A stretch of 64,000 bases of DNA from an uncultured delta proteobacterium (GTDB taxonomy: Bacteria > Myxococcota > UBA727 > VGSZ01), in contig CAVZJB010000016.1 in NCBI GenBank assembly GCA_963775425.1, positions 192,001 to 256,000 of the forward strand, written 5' to 3'. The position numbers were made by a program, and so were the translations under genes. Within the stretch, counting starts at the first letter, position 1, and each line of letters opens with the position of its first letter. This document shows, in pieces, positions 30,058-39,958 of the stretch. The notes beneath the pieces were generated by a model that saw nothing but the letters and a program-made list of their open reading frames with translations, had not been told where the DNA came from and ran no database searches.

Positions 30058-31596
30058 TCACGTGACCAGCCGACGGGCGAGCATGGTGGCGAGGGACATG
30101 ATGGTGATCTGCGGATTGGTCCCGAGCGTTGTCGGGAAGATCGACCCGTCCATGACGTAGAGGCCGTCGAGCGCGCGACCGTTCTTGTCGACGACGCCTT
30201 CGCCCTCGACGCCCATGCGGCAGGTGCCCTGCGGGTGGGACGCGTAGACCTGAAGCATGTCCCTGGCGCTCTGCACGCGGTCGATGGCGGCGAAGGCGGA
30301 GGCCTCGTCCGAATAGAAGGCGAACGGCGCCGTGGTGGGGGCGACCCGCTTGGCCCCCGCGGCGAACCACGTGCGCACGAGCATCTTCGCCCCTTTCCTG
30401 ATCGCGTCGAAGTCCTCGTCGTGGAGCTTGACGGAGATGTCGGGACGAAACGTCGTCGTCCCCTTCTTGAGGCGCACGCGGCCGCCGCCGCGATCGCGGA
30501 TCATGGCGCCGGCGAGCACGAGCTTTTTGTAGTCGAGGGCGCCCTCGGGGTGGCCCGCGCGCCCGAGCAGGCCGTACAGCTCGACGGGGCCGAGGCCCTG
30601 CGCCTCGAGGGTGATGCGGTCGTCGCCCGGGACGTGGCCGTAGTAGCCCTGCGGCACGCCGTCCCAGAGGTTCACGACGTCGGGCATCTCGCCGAAGACG
30701 CCGAAGCCCGGGTGCAGCGCCAGGTGCTCCCCGAGGTGCTCGTTTTGCACGCCGCTGTTTTCGAGCACGAGCGGTGTGCCGAGGGCGCTGCCGGAGATGA
30801 TGACGAGGTCGGCCTTGACCTTGAGCGTGCCGCGCGGCTCCTCGGTGGCCGGGTCGACGACGACGGCCTCGACGCCGCGCGCGCGACCGCCCTCGATGAT
30901 CACGGCCTGCGCGCGCGCGCGGCACAGGATGCGCGCGCCGAGGTTCACGGCCTCGGGCAGGAGGGACTTGTCGACGCTGGCCTTGGCGCCCGAGGGACAG
31001 CCGAGGTGGCAGACACCGCAGCCGAGGCACGTGGGCGCGTTCCGGGTGATCCACCCGTGCTCGGCGAGCCCGAGGCGCGTGAGGCCGTCGCGCATGACGG
31101 CGTTGTTCCTGCGGCCGATGCCCTCGTGCACCGGAGCGACGCCGAGCCGCCGCCAGATCTCGTCGACGAACGGCGCCATGGCGTCCGGCAACAGGTGCGG
31201 CGCGTCCACGGCCTTGGCCCACTCGTTCAGGCGCTCGACGGGCGGCCGGAAGCAGATGCCCTCGTTCAGCACCGTGGAGCCGCCGACCACGCGGCCCTGC
31301 GGGATGACCATGACGGCGTCGCCCTGCGCGGATTGCGGGCCGTGCGCGGCGTACAGGTGCGCCGTCGACCACGAGAGCTTTTTTCGCTGGAAGTCCGGCT
31401 GGGCGTACGCGCCGCCGGCCTCGAGGAACAGCACCCGCTTGCCCGCCCGCGCGAGCTCCGCGCCCGCGGCGGCGCCGCCGGCGCCGGTGCCGACGACGAC
31501 GACCTCGGTCTCGACGGTGCCGGGCTGCGCGACGGACACGGCGCCGACCTGCGAGACGCTGGGCGCGTTGGGCGCGACGAGGAGCGGCGGGCTCAT
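30058..31596 (-). CDS. GMC family oxidoreductase
   Basis: VVVVGTGAGG, GRVVGGSTVLN, CLGCGVCHLGC, HPQGTCRMG, DGSIFPTTLGTNPQITIM. Confidence 0.93.
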   Translation of the reverse strand: MSPPLLVAPNAPSVSQVGAVSVAQPGTVETEVVVVGTGAGGAAAGAELARAGKRVLFLEAGGAYAQPDFQRKKLSWSTAHLYAAHGPQSAQGDAVMVIPQGRVVGGSTVLNEGICFRPPVERLNEWAKAVDAPHLLPDAMAPFVDEIWRRLGVAPVHEGIGRRNNAVMRDGLTRLGLAEHGWITRNAPTCLGCGVCHLGCPSGAKASVDKSLLPEAVNLGARILCRARAQAVIIEGGRARGVEAVVVDPATEEPRGTLKVKADLVIISGSALGTPLVLENSGVQNEHLGEHLALHPGFGVFGEMPDVVNLWDGVPQGYYGHVPGDDRITLEAQGLGPVELYGLLGRAGHPEGALDYKKLVLAGAMIRDRGGGRVRLKKGTTTFRPDISVKLHDEDFDAIRKGAKMLVRTWFAAGAKRVAPTTAPFAFYSDEASAFAAIDRVQSARDMLQVYASHPQGTCRMGVEGEGVVDKNGRALDGLYVMDGSIFPTTLGTNPQITIMSLATMLARRLVT

Positions 31597-32120
31597 GTCG
31601 GGCTCCCGAGCACGCAGCCCTCGGTGTGGCCGACCGCCGCGAGCGCTCTTTCGTCCTCGAAGAACGGCATGCCGACGAGGGTGCGCAACAGCGACGCGAT
31701 CAAGCGGCGCTCGAGCCGCGGGCTGCCTTCGAACGCGGCGAGCTCGCGGACGCGCTCGTCGACGGGGAGCGCCGAGAACGTCGACGTCGACGACAAAGAC
31801 ACGCGCGGCCACTGATCGAACGCCGTCAACAGCGCGCGCAACAGCCGGCGGTCCTCGGGCAAGAGCGACGCGACGTAGCGATCGGCGCCGTCGACGACGT
31901 CGACGTCGGCGGCGGAGACGCCGAGCACGTTTCCCGGCGGGAAGTGCGCCTCGGCGAGCGCTTGCACGACGCCGGCCTCGCGCGCCGAGAGCGCGACGCG
32001 CCCCGGCGCCGAGGGCCTGTCGGACACCAACCAGCGCGCGCCGCCGCCGGCGGCGACGGCGACCACGCCGAAGCCGATGCCGGCCTTCAGCAGGGTGCGT
32101 CGTGTGAGGCGCTGTCGCAT
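31593..32120 (-). CDS. Tat-exported gluconate 2-dehydrogenase subunit 3-like partner of the GMC enzyme
   Basis: Twin-arginine LTRRTLLK; FSALPVDER motif; 4-nt overlap with the GMC gene. Confidence 0.75.
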   Translation of the reverse strand: MRQRLTRRTLLKAGIGFGVVAVAAGGGARWLVSDRPSAPGRVALSAREAGVVQALAEAHFPPGNVLGVSAADVDVVDGADRYVASLLPEDRRLLRALLTAFDQWPRVSLSSTSTFSALPVDERVRELAAFEGSPRLERRLIASLLRTLVGMPFFEDERALAAVGHTEGCVLGSPT

Positions 32121-32238
32121 GTGACGACGTCTACACCGGACGGCGCAGGTTTGCCCGCGGATCTTCGACGGTGGTACGACTAGGTGAGAGCCCGCGCGCC
32201 ACGAGGAGCGCGGCGCCGTGACGGAAGGCGCCCCGCAC

Positions 32239-32745
32239 ATGATCGAGCTGTACAACTTCTTCGAGAACAACCGCGCCCAGATCCTCACCGCGCTGTTGGC
32301 GCGCATCCCCAAGGACATCCCCGCGTACAGCCGCGTGGCGCGCAACGACCTGCGCCAGTCGCTCGAGTACCTGCTCGAGGCCTACACCGACCTGCTGGTC
32401 ACCGGCGAGGACGAGAGCCAGCGCACCTACTTCAAGTTCCTCGCCAAGGTGCGCGTGTCGCAGTCCTTCCAGGTCGGCGACATCGTGCACAAGCACCTCG
32501 TCATCATGGCCACCGTGCGCCCCATGATCCAGGAGAAGTTCCGCGAGCACAGCGGCGACGGCCTGGCGCTGTTCAACAAGGCCATGGACGTCCTCGAGCG
32601 CACCACGTTCAAGTCGGTGGCGACGTACCTCGAGGTCCACAACGCGTACCTCAAGAGCCGCGTGGACGAGCACAACGAGTACGTCGACGAGGAGAACAAG
32701 CAGCTCGGCGTGGACATGAGCAAGTTCATCCTGTTCCGAGGCTGA
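32239..32745 (+). CDS. All-helical protein, possibly a stand-alone RsbRD-N-like sensor domain
   Basis: Pattern NRAQIL...IPAY...LAKVRVSQSFQVGDIV resembles RsbRD N-terminal domains; strong codon bias. Start is ATG 32239 or GTG 32218. Confidence 0.6.
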   Translation: MIELYNFFENNRAQILTALLARIPKDIPAYSRVARNDLRQSLEYLLEAYTDLLVTGEDESQRTYFKFLAKVRVSQSFQVGDIVHKHLVIMATVRPMIQEKFREHSGDGLALFNKAMDVLERTTFKSVATYLEVHNAYLKSRVDEHNEYVDEENKQLGVDMSKFILFRG

Positions 32746-32754
32746 GGCGTAAGT

Positions 32755-35700
32755 TTGATCTGTCCCAAGTGCGGCCGGCCCGTCGAGGAGAACGCGGTGA
32801 TCTGCCGCGGGTGCGACTTCATCCTCGACACCGGCTTCCTCGGCGACGGCATCCTCGACGAAGAGCAGTCGCTGCGCCCGGGCGCCGGCGGCGTCGACCC
32901 CGGCGCCTTCAACCTCGCCGACGCCGTCATCCTCGGCAACATCGACGACGACAGCCAGAGCTTCGAGACGTCGGACTCCGGCTTCCACATGCAGCAGCAC
33001 ATGCAGGCGCGCCTGTACGTCTCCGGCCGCAGCCAGGCGCTGATGTCGCCCGACGCGGTGCCCGCGCTCGCCGGCATCGACGCCGGCGACGGCGTGCGCC
33101 TGACACCCTTCGAGAAGCACGTGCTCGCCTTCATCGACGGCAAGCGCCCCGTCGAGGTCATCCGCCGGGCCGCCGGCCTCGACGAGGCCGAGGTCAAGAC
33201 CGCGCTCGCCACGCTCGCCGACAAGGGCGTGGTGAAGGTCGTCGGCCGCGCCCTCGCCGACTTCGATCCGGGGACGGAGACCGCGCCCCGGCGCGCGCCG
33301 CAGCGGCACCGTATGCGCGGCAGCATGGTCGGCGCCGTCGCGCTCGTCGGTGACGAGGCCGATCGCGCCATCGAGGAGGCGTTTCGCACGCAGGTGGCGC
33401 TGTCGCCGCTCGGGCCCGCCTCCCGCGCCGCCGGCGTCGCCGACGGCGACGTGTTCGACGCGCGCCCCGCCAAGCGCGGCGTCCGCGACACCGGGCCGCG
33501 CGAGGTCACCGGCGCGCTCTCCGACCTGCCGAGCGACGTCGACCAGTTCGTCGGCCTGAAGGGCACCGACGAGATCGAGAAGAAGCGGCTCGCGGGCGAG
33601 CACACCTCGTCGACGCTGCGGCCGAGCGCGCAGAAGGCGGCGGTCAACCGCGCGCCGAGCGGCAAGATCCCGCCGCGGCCGCCGCCGGACGACTCGCAGG
33701 AGGGCATCGACGCGTCCGCGGAGGCGTCGGCGGTGGAGCGCTCCATCGTCGACAAGAGCGACGGCTTCGACGACTTCGGCCAGCCCTCCGACGTCTCCAC
33801 GGCCGTCGTCGCGCAGCAGTTCTCGGACTCGTCGAACCCCGGGCCGCCCACCGGCGCGCGCGAGCGCCCGCGCTCGGGTGTGTTCGCCGACATCTCGGAC
33901 CTCGACGGCGGCGTGCCCATCGAATCCGTGCAGAGCCTCGCCGACAGCCGCCTCGTCGTGAGGCCCAAGCTCACCGGCGTCGGGCCGCGGCCGTCGCCGC
34001 ACATGGCGTCGTCGCACAGCGGGGCGCACCCGCGCAACGACGAGCCCGTGCCCATCGGCTCGAGCGAAATCGACGACTCGCTGTCGGTGGAGATCGAGCG
34101 GCGCGCCGCCAGCGGCGAGGTCTGGGACAACAGCTCCGGGAGCAGCCCGCGCCCGCCCACGTCACAGGGCGAGCGGAGGACCGCCGCGTCCGCGTCGCTG
34201 TCGGACCTGCTGTCGGACAACGACGAAGAGGCCACCGCCAACCTCCCCCCCGACCACGCCAAGAGGCTCATCGCCGCCGGCCAGCACCGGCGCGCGCAGG
34301 ACGACGAGGACAGCTCCTTCGAGGAGCCCACCGCGGCGGGCCAGCCGCCGCCGCCGCTGCCCCTGCCCCGCGTGGGCCCGCGCGCCGCGCAGGCGGCGCC
34401 GGTGGCCGAGGCGACGTCGTCGAGCCGCGTGGGGCGCCCGCGGCAGTCGGCCATGGTGTCCATGCCCGACGAGGACGGCGTGCAGGAGGCGCTCGACGAG
34501 ACCTCCGGGCTCCACGACGTCGACCACGGGCGGCCGCCCGCTGCGGCAGGCGACCGGCCGCAGCGGCGCGCCACCGGCGCCGTCGACGAGATCTTCGACG
34601 AGGGGTCGGACGGCTTCCTGGCGCCCACGGGCCCCGAGGTGCCGAAGGCGCGCGGCAGGCCGCGGCTGTCGAGCGGCAGCGAGGACGTGTCCTCGTCGAT
34701 GCCGTCGGCCATGGTGCAGTCCATCGAGGTGAGGTCCGTCCACGACTCGAGCCTGGAGACGGCGCCGCCCTCGCAGGAGCCGCCGTCGTCGAGCGAGGCG
34801 CCGCGCCGCGACCCTTCGGAGATCTCCGCGCCCGACGACAGCGAGGACGACGGCTCCGTCGAGATGGTGGACTCCGGGCTGGTCATCCGCCCGGCCGCCA
34901 GGGCGAACCCGCTGCAGCGGCGGGCGTCTGCGCCGCGGCGGGCGATGGCGTCGTCGGAGGCGTCGACGAGTGATTCCGCGCGGCCGCTCCCTCCGGTCGC
35001 CGATCCCGCGCGGCCGCTCCCTCCGGTCGCCGATCCCGCGCGGCCGCTCCCTCCGGTCGCCGATCCGCGCAAGAGCCCGCCGCCGCCGCCGGGCCCGCCG
35101 CGCATGGCCTCGCGCGTGAACGCGAGCAAGCGCGACGACCCGAACGCCACCTACGCGCGCTCGCTCGAGGGGAGCATCGAGCTCGACCCGCCGTCGTCGA
35201 GCTCGGAGGTGCCGTTCGAGTCGAGCGAGGAGACGGTGAACATCGACCGCGACGAGCAACAGCGCCGCGGCCTCGACGCCGCGCGCGGCGACGGGCCGCT
35301 CATCGCCGGCGGGCGCGCCGGCGGCGTCGCCGCGATCCCGTCGGGGTTCTCGCAGGTGGCGGTGGCGCCCGAGCAGACGCAGTCGCGGCCGCGCGTCACC
35401 GACGAGAACCGCCGGAAGGCGCGCAAGCTGTTCGACGAGGCCGTGAAGGAGGCGGAGAGCGGGCGGCTCGGCGCGGCGCGCATGAACGCCAAGCTCGCGA
35501 GCATCTATGACCCCGACACGCCCAGGTACAAGGAGCAGTTGCTGGCGTGGGAGAACCCGGCGGCGCCGGCGCGGCCGCCGACGATGCAGACGGCGCAGGC
35601 GATGAGCTCGTCGTCGCGGCCGTCCGACGACAGCCAGATCGAGATCAAGGCGCTGTACGACGAGGCGCAGCGCTACGAGGACGACGGCGACATCGACGAG

Positions 35701-35916
35701 GCCCTCGACGTGCTCGAGCAGGGCGTCTCGCGCTTCCCGATGGCGGCGGCGTTCCACAACCGCATCGGCGTCATCCTCGCGCTGCGCAAGCGGGACTACG
35801 AGGGCGCGGTGCAGGCCATCCAGCGCGCCATCGACATCGACCCGGAGAACCTGCACTACAAGTCCAACCTCGGGAAGATCGTCGCCAAGATGCGCGGGGC
35901 GCGCGCCGATGCGTGA
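32755..35916 (+). CDS. Large zinc-ribbon / winged-helix-like / disordered / TPR protein
   Basis: CPKC..CRGC; LTPFEKHVLAFIDGKRPVEVIRRAAGL; about 700 aa of low-complexity linker; C-terminal TPR (FHNRIGVILA...AIQRAIDIDPEN). TTG start. Confidence 0.8.
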   Translation: MICPKCGRPVEENAVICRGCDFILDTGFLGDGILDEEQSLRPGAGGVDPGAFNLADAVILGNIDDDSQSFETSDSGFHMQQHMQARLYVSGRSQALMSPDAVPALAGIDAGDGVRLTPFEKHVLAFIDGKRPVEVIRRAAGLDEAEVKTALATLADKGVVKVVGRALADFDPGTETAPRRAPQRHRMRGSMVGAVALVGDEADRAIEEAFRTQVALSPLGPASRAAGVADGDVFDARPAKRGVRDTGPREVTGALSDLPSDVDQFVGLKGTDEIEKKRLAGEHTSSTLRPSAQKAAVNRAPSGKIPPRPPPDDSQEGIDASAEASAVERSIVDKSDGFDDFGQPSDVSTAVVAQQFSDSSNPGPPTGARERPRSGVFADISDLDGGVPIESVQSLADSRLVVRPKLTGVGPRPSPHMASSHSGAHPRNDEPVPIGSSEIDDSLSVEIERRAASGEVWDNSSGSSPRPPTSQGERRTAASASLSDLLSDNDEEATANLPPDHAKRLIAAGQHRRAQDDEDSSFEEPTAAGQPPPPLPLPRVGPRAAQAAPVAEATSSSRVGRPRQSAMVSMPDEDGVQEALDETSGLHDVDHGRPPAAAGDRPQRRATGAVDEIFDEGSDGFLAPTGPEVPKARGRPRLSSGSEDVSSSMPSAMVQSIEVRSVHDSSLETAPPSQEPPSSSEAPRRDPSEISAPDDSEDDGSVEMVDSGLVIRPAARANPLQRRASAPRRAMASSEASTSDSARPLPPVADPARPLPPVADPARPLPPVADPRKSPPPPPGPPRMASRVNASKRDDPNATYARSLEGSIELDPPSSSSEVPFESSEETVNIDRDEQQRRGLDAARGDGPLIAGGRAGGVAAIPSGFSQVAVAPEQTQSRPRVTDENRRKARKLFDEAVKEAESGRLGAARMNAKLASIYDPDTPRYKEQLLAWENPAAPARPPTMQTAQAMSSSSRPSDDSQIEIKALYDEAQRYEDDGDIDEALDVLEQGVSRFPMAAAFHNRIGVILALRKRDYEGAVQAIQRAIDIDPENLHYKSNLGKIVAKMRGARADA
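34976..35065 (+). repeat. Intragenic 30-bp tandem repeat x3 (ARPLPPVADP)
   Basis: ccgcgcggccgctccctccggtcgccgatc repeated three times. Confidence 0.9.
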
Positions 35917-35928
35917 TCCTCTCGCGCG

Positions 35929-37209
35929 GTGTTGATCGTGCGCGTCGACGACGACGGCGGCATCAGCGGTGACGGCGACGCGCTCGAGCTGCCGGGCTTC
36001 GTGAACGCGCACAGCCACGCCTTCCAACGCGCGCTGCGCGGGCGAGTGGAGACGCGGAGCGCCGATCACCCGAACGACTCCTTCTGGTCGTGGCGAACGA
36101 CGATGTACGGCGACGCCGCCCGCCTCGACGTCGACGACGTCTACGCGCTCGCGTGCTGGGCCTACGCGGACATGCTGCGGGCCGGCTTCACCGCGGTCGG
36201 CGAGTTCCACTACCTGCACAACGACGAGTCCGGCGCGCCCTACGCGCGGCCGGAGATGTCGCTCGCGCTCGCGCGGGCGGCGGAGGCCGTAGGCATCCGC
36301 CTCGTCCTCCTCGAGACCGCCTACGCCCGCGGCGGGCCGGACACGGCCCTGGCCCCCGCCCAGCGCCGCTTCGCCTTCCCCACCGTCGACGCCTTCCTCG
36401 CCCACGTCGAGCGCAGCCGCGCGGCCTGCGCGAGCGTGGTGGGACGCGCGGCGACGGTCACCCCCGGCGTCGCCCTGCACTCGGTGCGGGCCTGCCCCCG
36501 CGATTGGATCGAGGCCGTCGCGCGCTACGCCGAGGAAGACGGCCTGCCGCTGCACGTGCACGCGTGTGAGCAGCGCGCGGAGATCGCGGCGTGCCGGGCG
36601 GAGCACGGCGTGGGCCCCATCGCGCTCCTCGACGCGTGCGGCGCGCTCGGTCCGCGCACCACCGTCGTGCACGCCACCCACATCGACGACGACGACGTCG
36701 CGCTCCTCGCCGCGCGCGGCGCGCTCGTGTGCCTCACGCCGTCCACGGAGCGGAACCTCGGCGACGGCCTCTGCCCCATCGCGTCGCTGCGCGCCGCCGG
36801 CGTGCGCTTGTGCGTGGGCACCGACTCGCACGCACGCATCGACGTCGTCGACGAGCTGCGCTCGCTCGAAGACCACGAGCGCCTTCGCACCGAGCGCCGC
36901 AACGTCCTCGTCGAGCCCGGCGCCCGCCTCGCGCAGGCGCTGTTGCCGGCGGGCACCCGTGACGGCCGCGCCGCCTTGGGCCTCGACGGGCAAAGCGCCG
37001 ACCGCGTCGTCGTCGCCATGCCCCTCGAGGGCCAGGCCGGCGACGCCGCCGCCGGCCTCGACGCCTGGTTGGTCGGCGGCTCGAGCGCCTCGGTGCGCGA
37101 CGTCTTCGTCGACGGGCGGCCCGTGGTGCAGCGCGGCGCGCTCGTCGCCGGCGAAGCCGCCGTCGAAGCCGCCGCCCGCGCCGTGCTCACGAAGCTGCGC
37201 GGACGCTGA
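35929..37209 (+). CDS. hutF: Formimidoylglutamate deiminase (amidohydrolase family)
   Basis: LPGFVNAHSHAFQRALRG, SFWSWR..MY, EFHYLH, ALHSVRA, TERNLGDG, GTDSH. Confidence 0.9.
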   Translation: MLIVRVDDDGGISGDGDALELPGFVNAHSHAFQRALRGRVETRSADHPNDSFWSWRTTMYGDAARLDVDDVYALACWAYADMLRAGFTAVGEFHYLHNDESGAPYARPEMSLALARAAEAVGIRLVLLETAYARGGPDTALAPAQRRFAFPTVDAFLAHVERSRAACASVVGRAATVTPGVALHSVRACPRDWIEAVARYAEEDGLPLHVHACEQRAEIAACRAEHGVGPIALLDACGALGPRTTVVHATHIDDDDVALLAARGALVCLTPSTERNLGDGLCPIASLRAAGVRLCVGTDSHARIDVVDELRSLEDHERLRTERRNVLVEPGARLAQALLPAGTRDGRAALGLDGQSADRVVVAMPLEGQAGDAAAGLDAWLVGGSSASVRDVFVDGRPVVQRGALVAGEAAVEAAARAVLTKLRGR

Positions 37210-37212
37210 GCG

Positions 37213-38691
37213 TCAGCGGGCACAGATCCAGATGTCGAAGTGATCGGTGCGGCCCCAGCGGCGGTACTTCGCGAGGAACGCGGCCCGGAACGCGTCGGAG
37301 AACACGGGCTTTCCGTCGTAGATGCTCACGAGGGAAAACGGCGGCTCGTCGACGGGAACGAGCCACACGTCGGCGGCGCAGCGCTCGAGGAGCGGCAGCA
37401 GCGGCGCGGAGCCGTCGACGCCGCTCGCGCGGCTCTCCATCACGGTCACCGCGTCCACGAGCGCGGGCCTGCCGTGCAGCACCAGCAGCGCGCGCGCCGT
37501 CTGCGTGGCCTGGTAGTGGGTCGCGCCGTAGCCCATCTGCACCGTCGCCGCGGCGTTGTCGTCGGCGAAGGAGAGCGCCTCCTGCGCCAGCGCCGCCTCC
37601 GCCGGCAGCGCCGACAGCCGCCGGAACACCACGGGCCAAAGCGGCGACCCCGCCGCCAGCGCCAGCGCCGGCAGCAGGGCCAGCGCCGGCAGCGACCGGC
37701 CGCCGAGCCGCCGCAGGGCCTCGGCGAGCACCGGCAACAGCGGCAGCAGGTGGTAGCTGCCGGCGCCCGGAAACGACGCGGGGATCGCGACGAGCAGGGA
37801 CGCCGCCGCCGCCGCCGCGAGGAGCGGCGCGCTCGCCCGGCGCGCCTCCCGCGGCGCGATCGCGGCCGCGACGACGACGGGGAGCCACACCGCGGCGAGC
37901 ACCTCGACCACGGGCACCACCGCCGCCGCCTGGAACGCCCGCGTGCCGCCGAGCAGGGCCAGCGTGTGGACCTCGTCGACGAGGGACAGCCGCGGCAGCA
38001 GGAACGGGGCGAGCGCCGCCGCGGCCGTCGCCGCCGCCGCCACCGCGAGCGCCCGCGCCCGGCGCCCGAGGCCGCGCTCGCGGGCGACGGCGTCGACGAC
38101 GACGGGCGCGACGTAGAGGACCGCGTGCGCCTTGAAGCCGAACGCGAGGCCCGCGCACAGCCCGGCCGCCGCCGGAGCGAGCCAGGCGCGGCGCAGGCCG
38201 AGGGCGCCGACCGCGAGCGCCGCCACGAGCAGCTCGAAGGGATCGGGGCGCACCCAGAAGAAGGTCGGGTTGAACAGGAGCAGGCCGCCGAAGAACAGCG
38301 CGAGCGCGACGGGCTCCCTGCGGCAGCGCCACCCCATGAGCGCCGCCGCCGCCGCCAGGGCGAGCGCCGACGCGATCTTGCCCGCGGCGATGCCGCCCCC
38401 GAACAGCGCCGCCGCGACGGCCTCGACGACGTAGCAGAGCGGCCCGTAGACGGCCCACATGCGGGGGAGGCCGCCCGCGAGCGGCGCGTACGGCGCCTCG
38501 CCGCCGGACGCCCACAGGTGCCCGATGACGACGACGTTTCCCTCGTTGTGGTCGAGGTAGGCGGCGCTCCCGAGGTAGCGCGCTATCTCGACGCCGGCGA
38601 CGCACAGGGCGCCGGCGACCACGGCGAGCGCGAGGGCGGCGGCGACGAGGTCCCGCGCGCCGCGCGCTGGAGCGAGCGGAGCCCGGGGCAC
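37213..38691 (-). CDS. Multi-pass membrane protein, GT-C (ArnT-like) glycosyltransferase-like
   Basis: More than 10 TM segments; YLDHNEG loop motif, YGPL, VRPD and FGFK motifs. Confidence 0.65.
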   Translation of the reverse strand: MPRAPLAPARGARDLVAAALALAVVAGALCVAGVEIARYLGSAAYLDHNEGNVVVIGHLWASGGEAPYAPLAGGLPRMWAVYGPLCYVVEAVAAALFGGGIAAGKIASALALAAAAALMGWRCRREPVALALFFGGLLLFNPTFFWVRPDPFELLVAALAVGALGLRRAWLAPAAAGLCAGLAFGFKAHAVLYVAPVVVDAVARERGLGRRARALAVAAAATAAAALAPFLLPRLSLVDEVHTLALLGGTRAFQAAAVVPVVEVLAAVWLPVVVAAAIAPREARRASAPLLAAAAAASLLVAIPASFPGAGSYHLLPLLPVLAEALRRLGGRSLPALALLPALALAAGSPLWPVVFRRLSALPAEAALAQEALSFADDNAAATVQMGYGATHYQATQTARALLVLHGRPALVDAVTVMESRASGVDGSAPLLPLLERCAADVWLVPVDEPPFSLVSIYDGKPVFSDAFRAAFLAKYRRWGRTDHFDIWICAR

Positions 38692-38695
38692 GCGC

Positions 38696-39112
38696 CTACC
38701 GGCCGTGCACGAGGACCTTCGGGCCGTCCTCGAAGAGCACCTCGATCTTGTTGTCCTTCTGCGCCGTGGCCACGCCGAGCCCGAAGCTCGGGTGCTCCAC
38801 GAGGTCGCCGGGCTTGAACTTCTCCTTGGGGGAATACCGGCGGGCCATCGCCAGCTCCCTTCCCTTGAGGAGGTCCTTGTAGTGCGACGCCCTCGCCTGC
38901 CCCGGCTGCGGACCGCGCGGCCCGCGCTCTTCGCGCTCCCGCACCTGGCGGGGCGCCTCGCCCGGCTTCCAGGGCTTGTAATTGTGCTGCGCGTGGCAGG
39001 TATTGCACTGCACACGGGCAGGCTTGTCGCCGACCATGGCCTCGATGGTGTGGGCGAGCATCAGATTGCACTTGCCACACCAGCTATCGACGTTCCCGCC
39101 CACCTTGAGCAT
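38696..39112 (-). CDS. Zn-binding protein with a C-terminal UvrD/PcrA-type Tudor-like domain
   Basis: CGKC...H...CNTC..QH, then FKPGDLVEHPSFGLG...IEVLFEDGPKVL. Confidence 0.75.
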   Translation of the reverse strand: MLKVGGNVDSWCGKCNLMLAHTIEAMVGDKPARVQCNTCHAQHNYKPWKPGEAPRQVREREERGPRGPQPGQARASHYKDLLKGRELAMARRYSPKEKFKPGDLVEHPSFGLGVATAQKDNKIEVLFEDGPKVLVHGR

Positions 39113-39148
39113 TGCTAGACTCCCGTCGGTCAGCTTCTAGGAGCGAGC

Positions 39149-39937
39149 GTGAGCATCTTCAAGCGCATCAGTGATCTCGTCAAAAGCAACGTGAACGACG
39201 CCCTCGACAAGGCCGAGGACCCCCGGAAGGTCCTCGAGCAGACCATCCTCGACATGGAGGGCGAGCACAAGAAGGCCAAGCAGAAGCTGCTTGAGTCCAT
39301 GACGCTCACCAAGCAGACGGAGAAGCAAGCCGAGAACATGCAGAAGTCGGTGGCCGAGTGGGAGCAGAAGGCCATGGCCGCCCTCAAGGCGGGCAACGAA
39401 GAGCTCGCCCGCGCGGCGCTCGGCGAGAAGCAGAAGACCGAGGAGCTCGTGGCCGAGGCCATCCAGGGCGTGGAGTCGCAGCGGGCGTCGACCGAGGAGC
39501 TCAAGGCGCAGATCAAGAACCTCGAGGAGAAGATCGGCGAGGCCAAGCGCAAGAAGGACGAGCTCCTCGCCCGCCTCAACGCCGCCGAGATGCAAAAGAA
39601 GCAGGCCGCGGCCCGCACCTCGGGGACCTCTGCGGCCAGCGCCGTCGGCGACAACGCCGCCTTCGACACCTTCAACCGCATGGTGGAGAAGATCGAAAAC
39701 ACCGAGGCCGAGGCCGAGGCGCGCCGCGAGCTGCTCGGTGACAAGGCGCCCGAGGTGGACATGGAGCTGAAGAAGCTCTCGGCGCAGCAGACCGCCGACG
39801 ACGCCCTCTCCGCGCTCAAGGCCAAGATGAGCGCGTCGCCGTCGTCGAGCGCGCCGCCGGCGGCCAAGCCTGCCGACGGCAAGGCCGCCGCCATCGACGA
39901 CGAGCTCGAGGCGCTCAAGGCCAAGCTCGGCGGGTGA
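39149..39937 (+). CDS. pspA: PspA/IM30 family protein
   Basis: MSIFKRISDLVKSNVNDALDKAEDP, GNEELARAAL, F.RMVEKI, DDELEALKAKL. Confidence 0.93.
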   Translation: MSIFKRISDLVKSNVNDALDKAEDPRKVLEQTILDMEGEHKKAKQKLLESMTLTKQTEKQAENMQKSVAEWEQKAMAALKAGNEELARAALGEKQKTEELVAEAIQGVESQRASTEELKAQIKNLEEKIGEAKRKKDELLARLNAAEMQKKQAAARTSGTSAASAVGDNAAFDTFNRMVEKIENTEAEAEARRELLGDKAPEVDMELKKLSAQQTADDALSALKAKMSASPSSSAPPAAKPADGKAAAIDDELEALKAKLGG

Positions 39938-39958
39938 TCCTCGCGCTCGCGGCCGCGC

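Noticed and set aside
31000-31035. CGVCH as a heme motif in the GMC enzyme
   Set aside because: It is part of the CxxCxxCxxGC cluster typical of this GMC subfamily.
38985-39010. CNTCH as a heme c motif in the 138-aa protein
   Set aside because: There is no signal peptide, and it pairs with an upstream CGKC, so Zn binding is more likely.
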